Origin: Vicugna vicugna
Taxonomy: Eukaryota
Direction of reading: 5' to 3'
Length of the DNA: 64,000 nt
Assembly (NCBI GenBank): GCA_013265495.1
Contig: MU058065.1
Span: forward strand, 7,378,302 to 7,442,301
Each line of letters starts with the position of its first letter. The first letter of the stretch is position 1. A model generated the notes under the pieces. The model worked only from the letters and a program-made list of their open reading frames with translations. It had not been told where the DNA came from and ran no database searches. The position numbers and the translations under genes are program-made. Positions 13,246 to 27,400 of this stretch are shown here, piece after piece.

Positions 13246-14829
13246 ATGTTAGAACAGACTGGAGATCTGTGATACTAGCTTGTGACAGTCCTCTCTCATG
13301 TAGGTGAAGGAACAGAGGCTCTTAGAAAAGTGGATGAAGTAGCTTTCTGAATGGTCTTTCCAATTCTGTGTCTCCCACTTTGTGAATTAGCAGTGTCTAG
13401 GATAACTCAGTCTTCTTATGGCAAACTTCCTTTGTAGTCTCATAAATAACAGAAAATCTTCAGTGGATCCCCAGTCTTATCTGATCAAGTGAAAATCCTC
13501 TAGTAAAAATGGATGCTTAGGATTTCCTAACAAGTCTTTATTCTTTCCCTACTCTGTGCTTGCTCTCCTGAAATTGCTGTTACATAAAACATTTACATTC
13601 ACTATACACTCTAAAGATCATATTCATCTTTCAAAACTTATTCTTCTTTTCCTGGGAGTCAAATCTTTTCTCCCTTTTTTGGATTCCCAATAGTATTATG
13701 TTCTTGCATTGTCACCACAGAGCTTCATCTCACTAATTACCTCCCTCCCAGACCCCCACAAAAACTAAAAATTAAAAAGCTTTATCTCAATAGGAATAAT
13801 GTCTTATGTGTCACTGTTGGTTCTGAGACCTGACATAGAGCCTTGACCATCTATTTGTTCAGGAAACATTTCTTGACCAGAGATACCCATAGACCCACAA
13901 CTCATTCCTGGCAGAACCTAATTTAGAACTTAGATATCTGTACTCTTTCCCTAGTGTTTCTCCTATATCCTTTGACTCCTAGTATATCAATTTGTAGGGC
14001 TCCTTTGAAGCTCTGACATATTCATCCCATTGTCCATATTACACATTACCTTGGCTTGAGAAATCTAGTGATTTAAGAGTCTTTGGAAATAAGTTTTTCC
14101 AGTTTTGAACTGAGTTGAGGGCACATACTAGAACTGTATTGCCCATTTCCTAATGACACTCTGCTGAGTTCTGAGTTCAGAGAGAAACTGAGTCTTTGAA
14201 AGCACAGACTTGTATTTAGATATTGATTTTAAGTCCTTTTTTTCCCTTGCTCTTCCTTTATCCCTTTTCCCTACTCTTTCCCTCCCATTCCCTCTCATCT
14301 TTTCTGCAAAGCTTCATCTAAATCTGCTAAACAGGAGATAGTCCTGTTAATTGTAATTTAATAGATATTAATGTAGTATCTAACTGGCCTGAAGAGACAC
14401 ATCGTCAGTGTAGTACACTGAAAGTGGGGTCAGTGGAGCATTCAGGAAATCTGAGTGAAGGCTGATTCTAGAGGCACCCATCCTGAGTTATATCTGGGAA
14501 CCGAAGGTTTGCATCAGGATTCTCACAACTTCGTCATACCAGGATGTCGAGGAGGGCAAACCAGGGCAAGTGGATTTTAAGATTTTCCTGCCTGATCTTG
14601 ACCAGGGAAGGATAGACAGACTAGGAAAGAACAAATGTTCTCAGACACTGGCCATGCACACACGGGCCCCACAGTCCTTGAATACTAAAGAGAGGTGCCT
14701 TTGGCTGTCACACTCCCACTCCAGGTTCTCCCCACCCCGCTGGCATCTCCTCAGTTTTCCCAGTTCTTTTCTCGTTCTCTGTCTCCCAAGCACAGTGTTC
14801 TTCAAGTGCTGTGTTCTTCGTTCCCTATT

Positions 14830-15250
14830 GCAAACTTGTTCTCAAAGAATTCATCCACTCTTATGACTTCTATTACATGCAGTTGTCTCTCAAATCTGAA
14901 CCTCTCTCCTGAGCTCTAAGCCTAAATGACTATTGGACCTTGCAACTGAATTTCCCTCTCAAATAGGAAATGGAGTTTTAAACTCTTGCCCTGTCCCTCC
15001 TCCTGTGTCTCCTATCTTAATAACTGATGCATTCCATTTGATGCACTCAGTCTTCAAGCCGGCGATTTAACAAATATCCTAGATTCCATCCTTATTGTAA
15101 TCCTCCTTAATAGTCACTAATACTGTTGATCATCTTTTCTAGAAGCTAGGTGAAAGCAGCATGTTGCCCTGGTTCTCACTTGTTTCTTGTACTCTCCAGA
15201 CGCTTTGAGTGCTAACTGCAACTTTAACAATGGCTTCCTAACCTGATCTT
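14830..15250 (+). mobile_element. LINE-2 fragment
   Basis: ctcaaatctgaacctctctcctgagctctaagcc...cctcctgtgtctcctatcttaataactgatgc, L2-like. Confidence 0.55.
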
Positions 15251-16190
15251 TTCACTAATTCCACTGTGAAAGAATCCTTTAATTTCTTTGCTGTTTCTTC
15301 ATCTAAATCATGATGGCATTGAACTACTTCTCTGAGAGCTTTCTCAGCTCTGATATTCTTTTATTTGTCGGCTTGCAAATGTCACAGGCCCTAAAGTGAA
15401 AATCTGAGTTTTCTGCCCTTTCACTCATTCCCTGACTCCCAATAACCTTTTGATCCTTCCTTCTCCCCTACCCTGCTAACGAATCTTTTGATTGCAATGT
15501 GGCAGTCCTAGGACCCAAATCTTTAGCCAGGATATGATCTCCCAGCATTCCCAAGGGAGACAGTCCTGTGTCCTTTCCTTCTGCTGTCACAGCAGGGAAG
15601 GGACTTGCCTTGAGCCAAGGCTTACACAGAGCAGCCATTGTTTTCATCTTGATCCTCACTGTTATTGTTTTGAGGTGCTGCTCCTCCACTCAGCAGAGGC
15701 AAACAACATAGATGGGAAGTTTTAAGACATACCCACCCCTGCAAGTTAACTAGAGGCTGAGTATCAATTCCTTGTTCCCATTCCACCCACGTCACCATCC
15801 CTTCAGCCAGAATACCAGGCTCAATGAGGTGGCTCCTGAAGCTTGATGTTGCCCTCAGGACCAGGGATCCTTTGGTCTTAATTTAGAGGCTTCACAGAAG
15901 GAACACCAAAGGGAGTGGTGTACCTGCTGAGAGCTGGTGAACTCACCATCGTTTCTGAAATAACACACTCCTCTCCACATTTGCGCAGTTGCATTCTCCA
16001 TACAAGCTGGGAGATGATACAGAAGAGCTAGGACTTTCATACTCCAGGTTCCCAGACTTGGCATTTACTTCATATTGCCTCATGTCATACAATTGAATGG
16101 ATAAAGTTGGTTTTCAACATCTCCCATTATCTTTCTCTGTTCTATGAAAATTATGATGAAATGACTTTCTCCCTTTTGTACACTTAGTGC

Positions 16191-16214
16191 GTGTGTGTGT
16201 GTGTGTGTGTGTGT
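16191..16214. repeat. (GT)n microsatellite
   Basis: Direct reading. Confidence 0.95.
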
Positions 16215-17064
16215 CCATCTTCCTAGAGTCTGAAGGCTCCTGGGGGAGGGGAGAAATGCAAGTGTATCCCATGTTGATCTTTGTTGAAATTTCTGGTAAG
16301 AAGCTGGCAAAGACTATTGAAAGGATATTAAGACATCTCTGAACTTTGTATAAATATTAGAACCTGGATAGGAATTTGAATTTATCTATGCTCTCCTCAA
16401 CCACACCTGCTATTTTATAGGTATGGAAAATAAGGCTTTCAGCAAATTAGCAGTGCACTCCCAATCATGTGTACTTTCCATTACAATCTGCTTCCTAATT
16501 ACATGTGAATTTCCTTATTCCTCAGAGCCAGGGAGCATCAACATTTGGCTTCAGAAGTGCTTCTAAATCCTGAATAAACAAAAGTGAATACGCAAGGTGG
16601 CGGTCGGGATCTCCTACTCCTAAAGCCAGATGCAATGCTTGTGTTTAAGCCTCTGATCCCGGGTTGCTTCAGTGCTGACCCAACTTTCTTTTAATAAGTG
16701 GAGAAGGACATGCAGGGCTAACTGACACATATCCGTAGGGCTTCCTGTGCTCCCTCCGAGCCCCCGCATTGACTCTTAAGAGATGGGAGGGTTTCTGTTT
16801 GCATATATGCAGCAGAGAAAGACCTTCCTCAATTGTGGTCAGCAAGGTTTGACTTGGATCTAGGAAGGGTAGAGGAGGCCTCAACTGAAGTGCCTTCATG
16901 GAGGAGTGGGAGGGCTTTTCTTTTTCTCTCTGCAAACCACTGTTTGAGTTACATTCTACCAGTAGAATTTTTCCAAGATAAAATATTGGGAAACATGCTA
17001 AGTTGGGAGTCATGATTCCTAGTTTCTCAGCATGGTGCTCCTCCCATGACTTAAAACCTCATCC

Positions 17065-17985
17065 ATACATTCATTTATTTAGGAAACAAAATAGTCATTG
17101 AGCTACTATATGCTTAGTACTATTCCAGGTACTGAATATTGTGTATGATAATGCAAATTTCCTGTTTCCATAGGTCTTGCATTTTAGCAGAGAAGTCAGT
17201 AATTGACACATAAATATAATAATACTAAATGGTATGAAGAAAACAGAAATTGACTAAAGCAATAGAGAGTGACATACAAGAGGGTGTGTTTGTGTGTGAG
17301 TGTGTTATAGTGCTTTAAAACATGTCCACAGATTCTTTACAGTCTCTTCAATAGGTGATGTCTAATCCCCTATCCCTTGAGTCCTTGGGCTGGACTTAAT
17401 GATTTGCTTCTAAAAGACAGAATGACATTGAAGTGAGAGGGTATGACTTTGAGTAATAGAGTCACTGTGTCTCCCTCTGGTTTTCTTGGATTATTTGCTC
17501 TGAGGAAAGTTGGCTGACATGTTGTGAGGACACTCACACAGCTTAAGAGGCTCATGTAGTAAGAAACTGAGATGTCCTGCCAACAGTCATATAAAGGCGT
17601 CATCTAGGAAACTGATTCCCTGGCCCCAGTCAAACCTTCAGATCACTGAAGCTCCTGCCGACATCCTGACTGCAAGTGAATGAGAGATTCTGAGACAGGA
17701 CCACTCATATAAGCTGATCCTGGGTTCCTGACAGAAACTGTGAGATAATAAATAGTTGTCATTGAAACCAGAGCTTTTGGTTAAATAACAATAGATAGCT
17801 AATGTTGGTGTTTTAGGGAAGCTCTCTCTGAGAAGGTAATCACTGAGCAGAGACCAGAATGGGAAGAGGAAGTGAGACAGTTTAAGATGTGTATGGAGAA
17901 CCCGTGAAGTAGAGGAAATAGAACTGGAAACAGGACTTGTGATAGGAACACGCTTGGAGTTTTCAAAGCCATGTCAGGAAAAATT
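17065..17985 (-). mobile_element. LINE-2 3' region interrupted by MLT1 LTR
   Basis: cattcatttattt...attgagctactatatgc tail; resumes at ~17805 (agggaagctctctctgagaaggtaatcactgagcagagacc). Confidence 0.65.
17302..17803 (+). mobile_element. MaLR solo LTR (MLT1F-like)
   Basis: gccccagtcaaaccttcagat...cagaaactgtgagataataaat...caatagatagctaat terminal motifs. Confidence 0.8.
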
Positions 17986-19622
17986 GTCCAAGATTTGTAA
18001 ATGGGCAAGATAGGACTGAGTATCCTTTCAGTGGAGAACTAGGCAGTGTCTAGGGTATTTTCTGAAGATTACCTGATTATATTGAGATATTCCCCTTTGA
18101 CTGAACTTCTATTGCCTAAGTTATTTTATAATCCTGTAGAAGTAGAATTCAATTTGTAGAAAACAGAGTGATGCAAGTGATCTTTTCCAAAGCAATATAA
18201 TGAATCTTGTCCAGTAGAGATACAACTGAATTCTACACTGTAGAAAAGATGGCCCCATACAACACATTTTAAGATGCTTTATTTTTAAAAAAGAAGCTTT
18301 ACTGAGACAAAATTTTTATACCACACAATTCACCATTTAAAGTTTACTATTCAATTTTTTTTAGTATATTCACAGGATTGTACAAATATTACCACAAACT
18401 AATTTTTGTCCACCTTGTAAAGAATCTCCATACCTATTAATAGATGTCCCCTATTCCCGTCCATCATTTCCCTTCCCCTCCACCAGCCCTAAGCAACCAC
18501 TAATGTACTTTCTGTCTTTATAGATTTGCCTATTCTGGTGATTTCATATTAATGTAATCATAAATATGTGGTCTTTTGGGACTGGCTTCTTTCACTTAGC
18601 ATAATGTTTTCAAAGTTCATCCATGTAGCTTGTATTAATACTTCATTATTTATTCATTAAATAATATTCAGTCATATGAATATACCACATTTAGTTGATC
18701 TCTTCATCAGTTGGTGGGTATTTGGGTTATTTCTACTCTTTGGACAGTATAACTAATACTTATAGAAACGTTCACATATAAGTTTTTGTGTGGATGTATG
18801 TTTTAATTTCTTTTGGGTGTATGTTTAGCAGTGGAATTGCTGGGTCATATGGTAGGTCCATGTTTAATATTATGGGAAACTATCAAACTATTTTTCAAAC
18901 TGGTTATACCATTTTACATCCCTTCCATCAATATATCTGGATTCCAATTTCTCCACATTCTTGTCAACACTTATTATCATCCATCATTTCAATTATAGAC
19001 ATTTTAGCTGATATAAGGTAATAGCTTATTGTGATTTTCATTTGCATTTCACTAAGGACTAATGATATTGAACATTATTTCATGGACTTATTGACCATTT
19101 TTATATTTTTCTTGGAACAAAGTGCTTAAATGCTTTGTCCATTACGATTTTTGTCTTTTACTATTGAGTTTTAAAGGTGTATATTCTGTCTGTCAATTAA
19201 TCTATAACAAAGAAGGCAAGAACATATAATGGAGAAGAGACAGTCTCTTCAATAGTGGTACTGGGAAAACTGGACAGCTACATGTAAAACAATGAAAGTA
19301 GACCATTTTGTAACACAATATACAATAGTAAACTCAAAATGGATCGAAGACCTCAATGTTAGACCAGAAATCTAAAACTCCTAGAAGAAAACATAAGCAG
19401 AACACTCTTTGACATAAATCATAAGCAATACTTTTTTTGGATCTCTCTCCTAAAACAGAGGAAATAAAAGCAAAAATAAACAAATGGGACCTAATTAAAC
19501 TTAAAAGCTTTTAAACCTTTGACAAAATAAAGCAAAACAAAAAAACAACTTACAGAATAGGAAGAAATATTTGCAAATGATATGACCGATAAGGGATTAA
19601 TTTCCAAAATATATAAACGTCT

Positions 19623-21002
19623 AATTAAATACTACAATAGAAAAACTAGATTTGGTGGATATTTTCAGAGCTTTACACCCCCCAAAAATAGAATATACAT
19701 TCTTTTCAAGTGCACATGGAACATTTTCCAGGATCGATCATGTACTTGGACACAAAAGAAACCTCAACAAATTTAAGAAGATAGAAATTATCTCAAGCAT
19801 CTTTACTGACCACAATGCCATGAAACTGGAAATCAACAACAGAGAAACAAAGGAGAAAAAAAGAAAAGCATGGAGATTAAACAATATGTTATTGAAAAAA
19901 CAATGGATCAATGAGGAAATCAAAGCTGAAATTAAAAAATACCTTGAGACAAATGATAATGAAAGCACAACCACTCAAAACCTATGGGACACAGCAAAGG
20001 CAGTGCTAAGAGGGAAGTTTATAGCGATACAGGCCTTCCTCAAAAAAGAAGAACAATCTCAAATAAACAAGTTAACCCACCACCTGAATCAATTAGAAAA
20101 AGAAGAACAAAAAGCCCCAAAAAGCAGCAGAAGGAAGGAAATAATAAAGATCAGAGAGGAATTAAATACAATAGAGATTAACAAGACCATAGAAAAAATC
20201 AACCAAACCAAAAGCTGGTTTTTTGAAAAAGTAAATAAAATCGACAAACCTCTGGCCAAACTCACAAAGAAGAAAAAAGAGAGAGCACAAATTAGCAAAA
20301 TAAGAAAGGAAAATGGAGAAATTACAACAAACAAAATAGAAATACAGAATATCATACGAGAATATTATGAAAAACTATATGGAACCAAACTGGATAACCT
20401 AGAGGAGATGGACAAGTTTCTGGAAACATACTGTCCACCAAAACTGAATCAAGAAGAAACTGAACACTTGAACAATCCGATCACTAGAAAGGAAATAGAA
20501 ATAGCAATTAAAAACCTCCCTACAAATAAAAGTCCAGGACCGGACGGCTTCACCGGGGAATTCTACCAAACATACAAAGAAGAACTCATACCAGTCCTTC
20601 TCAAACTCTTCCAGACGATTGAAAAGGAGGGAATACTCCCAAACTCATTCTATGAAGCCACCATCACCCTGATACCAAAACCAGGCAAAGACACTACAAA
20701 AAAAGAGAATTATAGGCCAATATCACTGATGAACATAGACGCCAAAATCCTCACCAAAATTTTAGCAAATAGAATCCAACAACACATAAAAAAGATTATA
20801 CATCATGACCAAGTGGGGTTCATCCCAGGGACACAAGGCTGGTTCAACATACGCAAATCAATCAATGTAATACATCACATCAACAAGAGAAAGGACAAAA
20901 ACCACATGATCATCTCAATCGATGCAGAAAAAGCATTTGATAAAATTCAACACCCATTTATGATAAAAACTCTTGCCAAAGTGGGTATAGAGGGAACATA
21001 TC
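19623..21002 (+). mobile_element. Young internal L1 ORF2 fragment (endonuclease C-terminus, Z domain, start of RT); open frame, both ends truncated
   Basis: About 460 uninterrupted codons: [81 protein letters not shown]. Stops at GIEGTY, before the YADD motif, so it is non-functional. Corresponds to ORF 19652-21061. Confidence 0.95.
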
Positions 21003-21367
21003 ATAAACTCATCTTCAAAGGAACCAAACAACCAGATTTTAAAAATGGGCAGAAGACCTGAATAGACATTTTCCCAAAGAAGACATACAGATAGCCAACA
21101 GACACATGAAAAGATGCTCAAGATTACTAATCATCAGAGAAATGCAAATTAAAACCACAATGAGGTGTCACCTCACAGTTGTCAAAATGGCTGTCATCAT
21201 AAAGAACACAAATAACAAATGTTGGTGAGAATGTGGAGAAAAGGGAACCCTTGTACACTGTTAGTGGGAATGTAAATTAGTACAGCCTTTGTGGAAGCCA
21301 GGATGGAAATTTCTCAAAAAACTAAAAATGGAACTACCATATGACCCAGTAATTTCACTCCTGGGTA

Positions 21368-21374
<7 letters not shown>

Positions 21375-21402
<28 letters not shown>
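21375..21402. repeat. (TA)n microsatellite within L1
   Basis: Direct reading. Confidence 0.95.
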
Positions 21403-21407
<5 letters not shown>

Positions 21408-24400
21408 AAAACATCAGTTTAAAAAGATACATGTATCTCAATGTTCATAGCAGCACTACTTACAATAGTCAAAATATGGAAGCAACCTAAGTGTCCATTA
21501 ATAGATGAACGGGTTAAAAAGATGCGATATATATACAAAAATATTACTCAGCCATAAAAAGAATGAAATTTTGCCACTTTAAACAATGTGGATGGACTTG
21601 GAAGGTATTTTGCTAAGTGAAACAAGTCAGACAGAGGAAGGCAAGTACTGTGTGCTATCACTTATGTGTGAAATCTAAAAAAATAAAACTAACTACTGAA
21701 TATAACAAAAAAGGAACAGACTCACACATACAGAGAACAAACTAGTCGTTACCAGTGGGGAGGGGCAAGATAAGGGTACAAAATTAAGAGATACAAACTA
21801 TATATAAAATAAGTAAGTTACAAGGATACATTGTACAGCACAGGGCTATAACCAATATTTTATAATGACTATAAAAGGAATATAATCTATAAAAATTGTG
21901 AATCATTATATTATATACCTGAAACTTATATAATATTGTATGTCAACTTTACATTAATAAAAAAATGTATATGTATATTCTGGTTAGAAGTTCCTCATAA
22001 AATATATGTCTTACAACTATTTTCTCCCATTATGAGGGTTGCCTTTCACTCTCTTGATGGTATTATTTGCAGAATAAAACTTTTTAATTTTAATTTATTT
22101 TTTCTTTTGTTGTTTGTGGTTATGGTGTTATTTCAAAGAAACCATTGTCTGACCAAAGACCATGAAGATTTGCTCTTATGGTTTCATCTAAGAGTTTTAC
22201 TATTTTAGCTCTTACATTTAGATATGTGATACATTTTGAGTTAATTTTGTGTATATTGTGTGGTAAATTTCCAAATTCATTCTTTTGCACGTGGATATCC
22301 AGTTGGTCTTCCACCAATTGTTAAAAAGACTCTTCTTTCCCTATTGAATTGTCTTTGGACCCTGGTTGAGCATCAATTGATCATAAATATATGGATTTGT
22401 TTATTGAGTCTGAGGTCTATTTGATGGATTTATATGTTTATTCTTTTTCCAGTATCATACTTTCTTACTATAGCTTTGCAGTAAGTTTTGAAATTGGTAA
22501 GTGAGTTCTCCAATTTTATCCTTCTTTTTCAAGATTGTTTTAGCTCTTTTGGATTTCTTGCATTTCTATGTGACTCTGAGGATTGGCTTGCCACATTTTG
22601 TGCAAAGGCAGCTTCTGACTTGATAGTAATAGTTTTGTATCTGTAGACCAAACTAGGGAGTGAAGTCGTCTTAATAATAGTAAGTTGTCTGATGCATGAC
22701 CGTGGAATGAGTATCTTCTCATTTATTTAGATGTTTCTCAATCTCTTACAACGATATTTTATGATTTTCCTTGTATGTCTCATTTGTATTTAATGTGTTA
22801 CTAAATATTTTTAATTTTTAATGCTATTGGAAAAAATTAAATTCTTAATTTTATTTTCAAAATTTTCACTGTTAGTGTGTAGAAATACGTGACTTTTGTA
22901 TACTGATCTCGTATCCTTCAACTTTGAATTCATTTATCAGTTTTAATGGTTTTTAGTGAATTTCTTAGGAGTTTCTATACACAAAATCATGCCATGTGCA
23001 AATAGAGTTTTACTTTTTCCTTTCCAATCAGGACGCCATTTCCCTGCTGCTTTTTTCTTGCCTAATTTCCCTGGTTAGAACTTTTATTATGATGCTGAAG
23101 AAGTGAAAAGAGTGGACACTCTTGTCTTGTTCCTGATTTTATAGTGAAAGCATTCAGTCTTTCAATACATAATAGGATAGTGGTGGGTTTTCCATAGATG
23201 GTCAATATCACACGAGTTTGCTGAGTATTTTCATCATGTAGAGTGTTAAATTTTTATCAAATACTTTTTTCTATGCCCATTGAGAAGACCATATGGTTTT
23301 GTCTTTATTCTATTAATAAGATGTGTATTATATTAAGTGATTTGTATCTGTTTAACTAACCTTGCATTTCTGGGAGAAGTCCCACTTGGTCTTGGCGTAT
23401 AATCTTTTTGATATGTTACTTGATTTGATTTGCCAGTGTTTATTGAGTTTTTTTCTTTGTGTATGTGTGTTTATATTCATAAGGGATATTAATCTGTCAT
23501 TTTATTTTCTTATGATGTCTTTTTGTGTGAAGACCCAGTAATGGTCTCAAATAATGAATTGAAAAATGTTCCTGACTTTTGTATTTTTGGAAAGGTTTTG
23601 AAGAATTGTTATTAATTCTTTGAATGCTTGATAAGTTTTAAAATTATGAATTCGGTTGTTTTACTTGTTATAGATCTATTCATATTTTCTATTTATCTTG
23701 AGTAAGTTTCTATAATTTGTGTATTTCTAAGGATTTATCCATTCCATGTAAATTATCTTACTTATTGATATACAGTTGTTCATAGTATTCCCTTGTAAAT
23801 CTTTTTTTCCTTATGTAAGATTGGTAGTGATGTCTCTTCCTTTCCTGATTTTAGTAATTTGAAAAGATTTCTTGGTCTGCCTGGATAAATGCATGTCAAC
23901 TTTATTGATTCAAACATTACATTTTATTATATTATACAGTATTAACCAGTTCTGCATCTGTTAACAAATTCATTTCAATATTTCTGACAGCAAATGTATA
24001 CATATATCTCTGTTCTTCAAATTATCTTTTGAACTAATCTTAATCACTTGCTGGTTCTGTCATTAATTAATGAGTTGAATATAATATTTAATATGTTAAT
24101 TTTATACATTTATAAAATGATATTTTTAAACTAATGAAAATTACATGTTAGCAGAAGGTATAAAAATCAGTGAGGAGTCAGAGAGTGATGGGAAATGAGG
24201 GTGAAGAGAAAGGTATAGGACAGATCATGTAGGTCCTTGTAGGCCATGCTAAGGAGATTGGTTTTTACTTAAGTGAGATGAAAAACTATTAGCATCATCT
24301 TAGACAAACCCATTTTTAAACTGTGGCCTCAGCTATCTGAAATGTCTCTATGCTACCTCAGAATGGAATGAGATTATGGCGCTGGAGATTGCACTGTTAC

Positions 24401-27400
24401 TCTTAGAACTCAGGTCATCTATGAGGCCAGTTTTCAGGCACTCATGACTTGGTCTAATTTTTGTTTTCAAATTCTTACCCGAGGCAGATTCCTAAGGAAG
24501 GAAAACATAGGGAATTTCAGAGAGCTGGACCCGGGATCCTGAAAAAGGCAGTCTTATCCATGAAGATGCTGGGGATTCATACATTAATATAATGTATAGG
24601 TCATTGAATCCCCCAAAGAAGAGGAGATTGGGGCTGAGGAAATTTGAGGGCTCAGAAGGTGGGCTTGGCTTATCTCATCATCTTTGGTTTGGGCTGATTC
24701 TGTGTAATTGGAGAACTAAGACAGTGGAGAAGCAAGTCTGAGCAGTGAACAGACAGGTCAAGAGGGAGAAGCTGGGTATGTTAAATGGGGTTGATAGAAA
24801 GCCTCAGAAGTTTAAGCTTGAAAAGGAAAGCAAACGCTAGAAAGTGATGAATCCACAAAACATGTTTAGAACATGAGAGTATTATGGTGCTTAGGACTGA
24901 GAGAGACAAAGCCAAAACGAAGGATGGCATGGGGAACCAGAGGAAAAAAACATCCCTTTAGAAAGTTTGACTTGCACGAATTCTCAAGCATCAATCCTCA
25001 GCCTGCATCTCAGGATATTCATAGATTGAAAACGAATCAGCTGAATATCTCTACCATTCAATTTATTTTTATTTTATTTTACCTCTGACTTGACCTAAAT
25101 CTTAAACTATTCATGGAGAGTTAAAACTCTATTCTAGCACTCAAAATTCTCCTTGTCAAACTTCTTCCAATTGTAGAACCTAAATTACTGTTGTTTACTC
25201 TAACTCCTATTTTCTCTTGTCTCTTCCTCAATAGTTCAGCAGCCTGCCTTTCCAGAGTTCAGCTAAAGTCCTGAGAACTAGATGAATTTCAAGGTAGGTC
25301 TAGCAGGCTGAAACAGGCAGGCTTTCAGGAAAGGAGAACACTCTCTGGAAATGGTCTGACCATGAAAAACTGGTTGTTTGCGGTAATAGAAACCTAAATC
25401 TCTCTGCTCTCAAGTCCTAGTAAAAGGATTGAGTTTACCAGCATGACCTGAGTACAGGGAGCTATAAAGTGTGTTCGTCAAAGATTTTCTTTTCTTCCCC
25501 TTTCTCTCCTTTCAATTAAGAGTAAAAGTCCCCAGGAAAAGAATCATATAAACATGAGGATAGAGTTAAGATAAATGCATTCCTTTTGCTTAGGAAATTT
25601 TCCATGATGAATGAACAGCTCTCTAGGCCTTAGTGAGAAAGGTCAAGAGCTGGCTCTTTAAGGAAGACCTGCTTTTCCAGAGCTGAGGCTGGGGGCTTTG
25701 AGAGAGAGAACCTGTTTCTGAAGAGGGGAGCCAATGATCAGAGCTGACTTCTCCCAAGAGGTTTGCTGCTCCTTGGAGGTTTCAGATCTGCTGGTGGAAT
25801 CTATATGTTTGATTTGGGGCCTCTCTCCCAGTGGCCCTCTAGAGCTGACCTGACCACTCATGGCTGCAAATGTGAGGGCTGAAAACACTTTCAATAAAGG
25901 GTATTGTGCTCATCCCAGACGGAAACAAAGCTTGTATTTCTCCATTTGCCCCAAAGAATGAGCAAACATCTAGATAATGTAATTTGGAAATCATCATAGA
26001 AGAAAGGTATCAGAAAACCTGGACCCCAGATCTGATTCTGTCTGTGAATAAAGCTTAGGGAGTATAAACGGTGCCCATGCTCACCTGGCTAGCTCCATAG
26101 CCAGTGAAACCAGCAGGAGTCAAACCATAATGTCAAGTTCTCTCCAAATTCTAATATTCTGTATCTAAGTGCCCTAGAGACCCCTGAATGTTCCTGAATA
26201 TCCACTTACTTTCTTTAATTCCCCTTCTATGTCCCTTTCCCTGAGCAGCTACTTGGAGAGCTTGGTCTAACATAGCTAGGGAGCCACTGATTAGCAGATA
26301 AAATAAACATAACCTAAGGAGTCTTACTCAGTTATATGTATGGCATACTCTTAGTTTTAAAATCAAGCAGGGGTAGAAAAACCTAAAATACAGGATGTTT
26401 GATACGTAGGAATGTTAGGCCCAAAGGGCATACTAGAGAGAAATCTTACTTGGTAGGAACAACCATGTGTATGGAGGTGAAATAAGTAGATGAAAAGTGA
26501 TGAAGTCCATCTTTATAGATGTGTTCATTGCACGCTCAAGTATATATTCTAGTCACCAAGGAAAGAGGTACAAGTGGAAGCATAGATGGACAAGGAGAAA
26601 ATGAGGTGCAAGTGTAGGTGGTGAATTATTTTGCAACTTTGTATGGGTTTTCAGGACCTTTGGCCATCACTCTGAGGTGACCCTTCATTTGGGCTACACT
26701 GTCACAAGAAGTGAATGGAATCCTGGACCCATGGTTAAGACTGCTTGACCACTGCAGTCTGGAAGGTTAATGGGAGTGGACTGCCATGACACACACATTA
26801 TTAAGTAAAAATAAAAAAGAAAACGAGAATAGTTCTATCGAAATAGGCTAGTTCTCCATCAACACCTCAGAAACCTTGTTTCATCTTTTAAATAAACACC
26901 TTGATATCCCTTGGTATCTTTCTCACCAAGTCTTAAATACTGTTAATCATTCCTGAATATCACCAGGATCTCAGTTCTAGATTTGTTTAAAATATTCCTT
27001 TCCACTCACAGTGAACTCTTTCTTGAAATCCAACTTCTTAGGAACTTGTCTGCTCCCCTGAAACTTTGGGCCATATTTCCACCAAAAATAATCTCTCAAG
27101 AATTTTCAAATATTTGGCAGTGGTAACCCAGGAGAAGTCCAGTGATGGGCAAAGCCGGAGAGGCATGACTGAACTTTCTCAGAACTCTAGTTTTCAATTA
27201 AACAGTCCAGGAAAGCATAAAAAGAGAAGCTAGCATCCTGCCTTACCAGGCACTTTCTTTGTTCTTTTTCTTTCCTTTCCCCCTCTCCATTCACTTCCCT
27301 CTTCAGGGAGAGTGTGACACTAATACAAAGTGCCATGTTGGCATTATTGCGATGTCATAGGACTCCCCATTATTTCTGATTCCTTGGGGGTTGATTAACT

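Larger units (their letters stand above)
19189..21971 (+). mobile_element. 5'-truncated intermediate-age L1 (ORF2 C-terminus, 3' UTR, short A tail) with 11-bp TSD
   Basis: ORF2 C-terminal motifs, 3' UTR ending attaataaaaaaa; tgtatattctg at 19178-19188 and 21972-21982. Confidence 0.85.
18280..23920 (-). mobile_element. Old L1 (L1MB-like) 3' UTR and ORF2, split by nested L1 at 19189-21971
   Basis: Antisense L1 3' end at 18280 (gactggcttctttcacttagcataatgttttcaaagttcatccatgt); sequence resumes colinearly at 21983; no intact ORF. Confidence 0.85.

Noticed and set aside
14405..14421. Hairpin tcagtgta-g-tacactga
   Set aside because: An 8-bp stem is expected about once by chance in 64 kb.
19652..21061. 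469-aa ORF as a functional or domesticated gene
   Set aside because: Plain L1 ORF2 fragment with a TTG 'start', missing the endonuclease N-terminus and RT catalytic core; the tail is read-through into the host L1.
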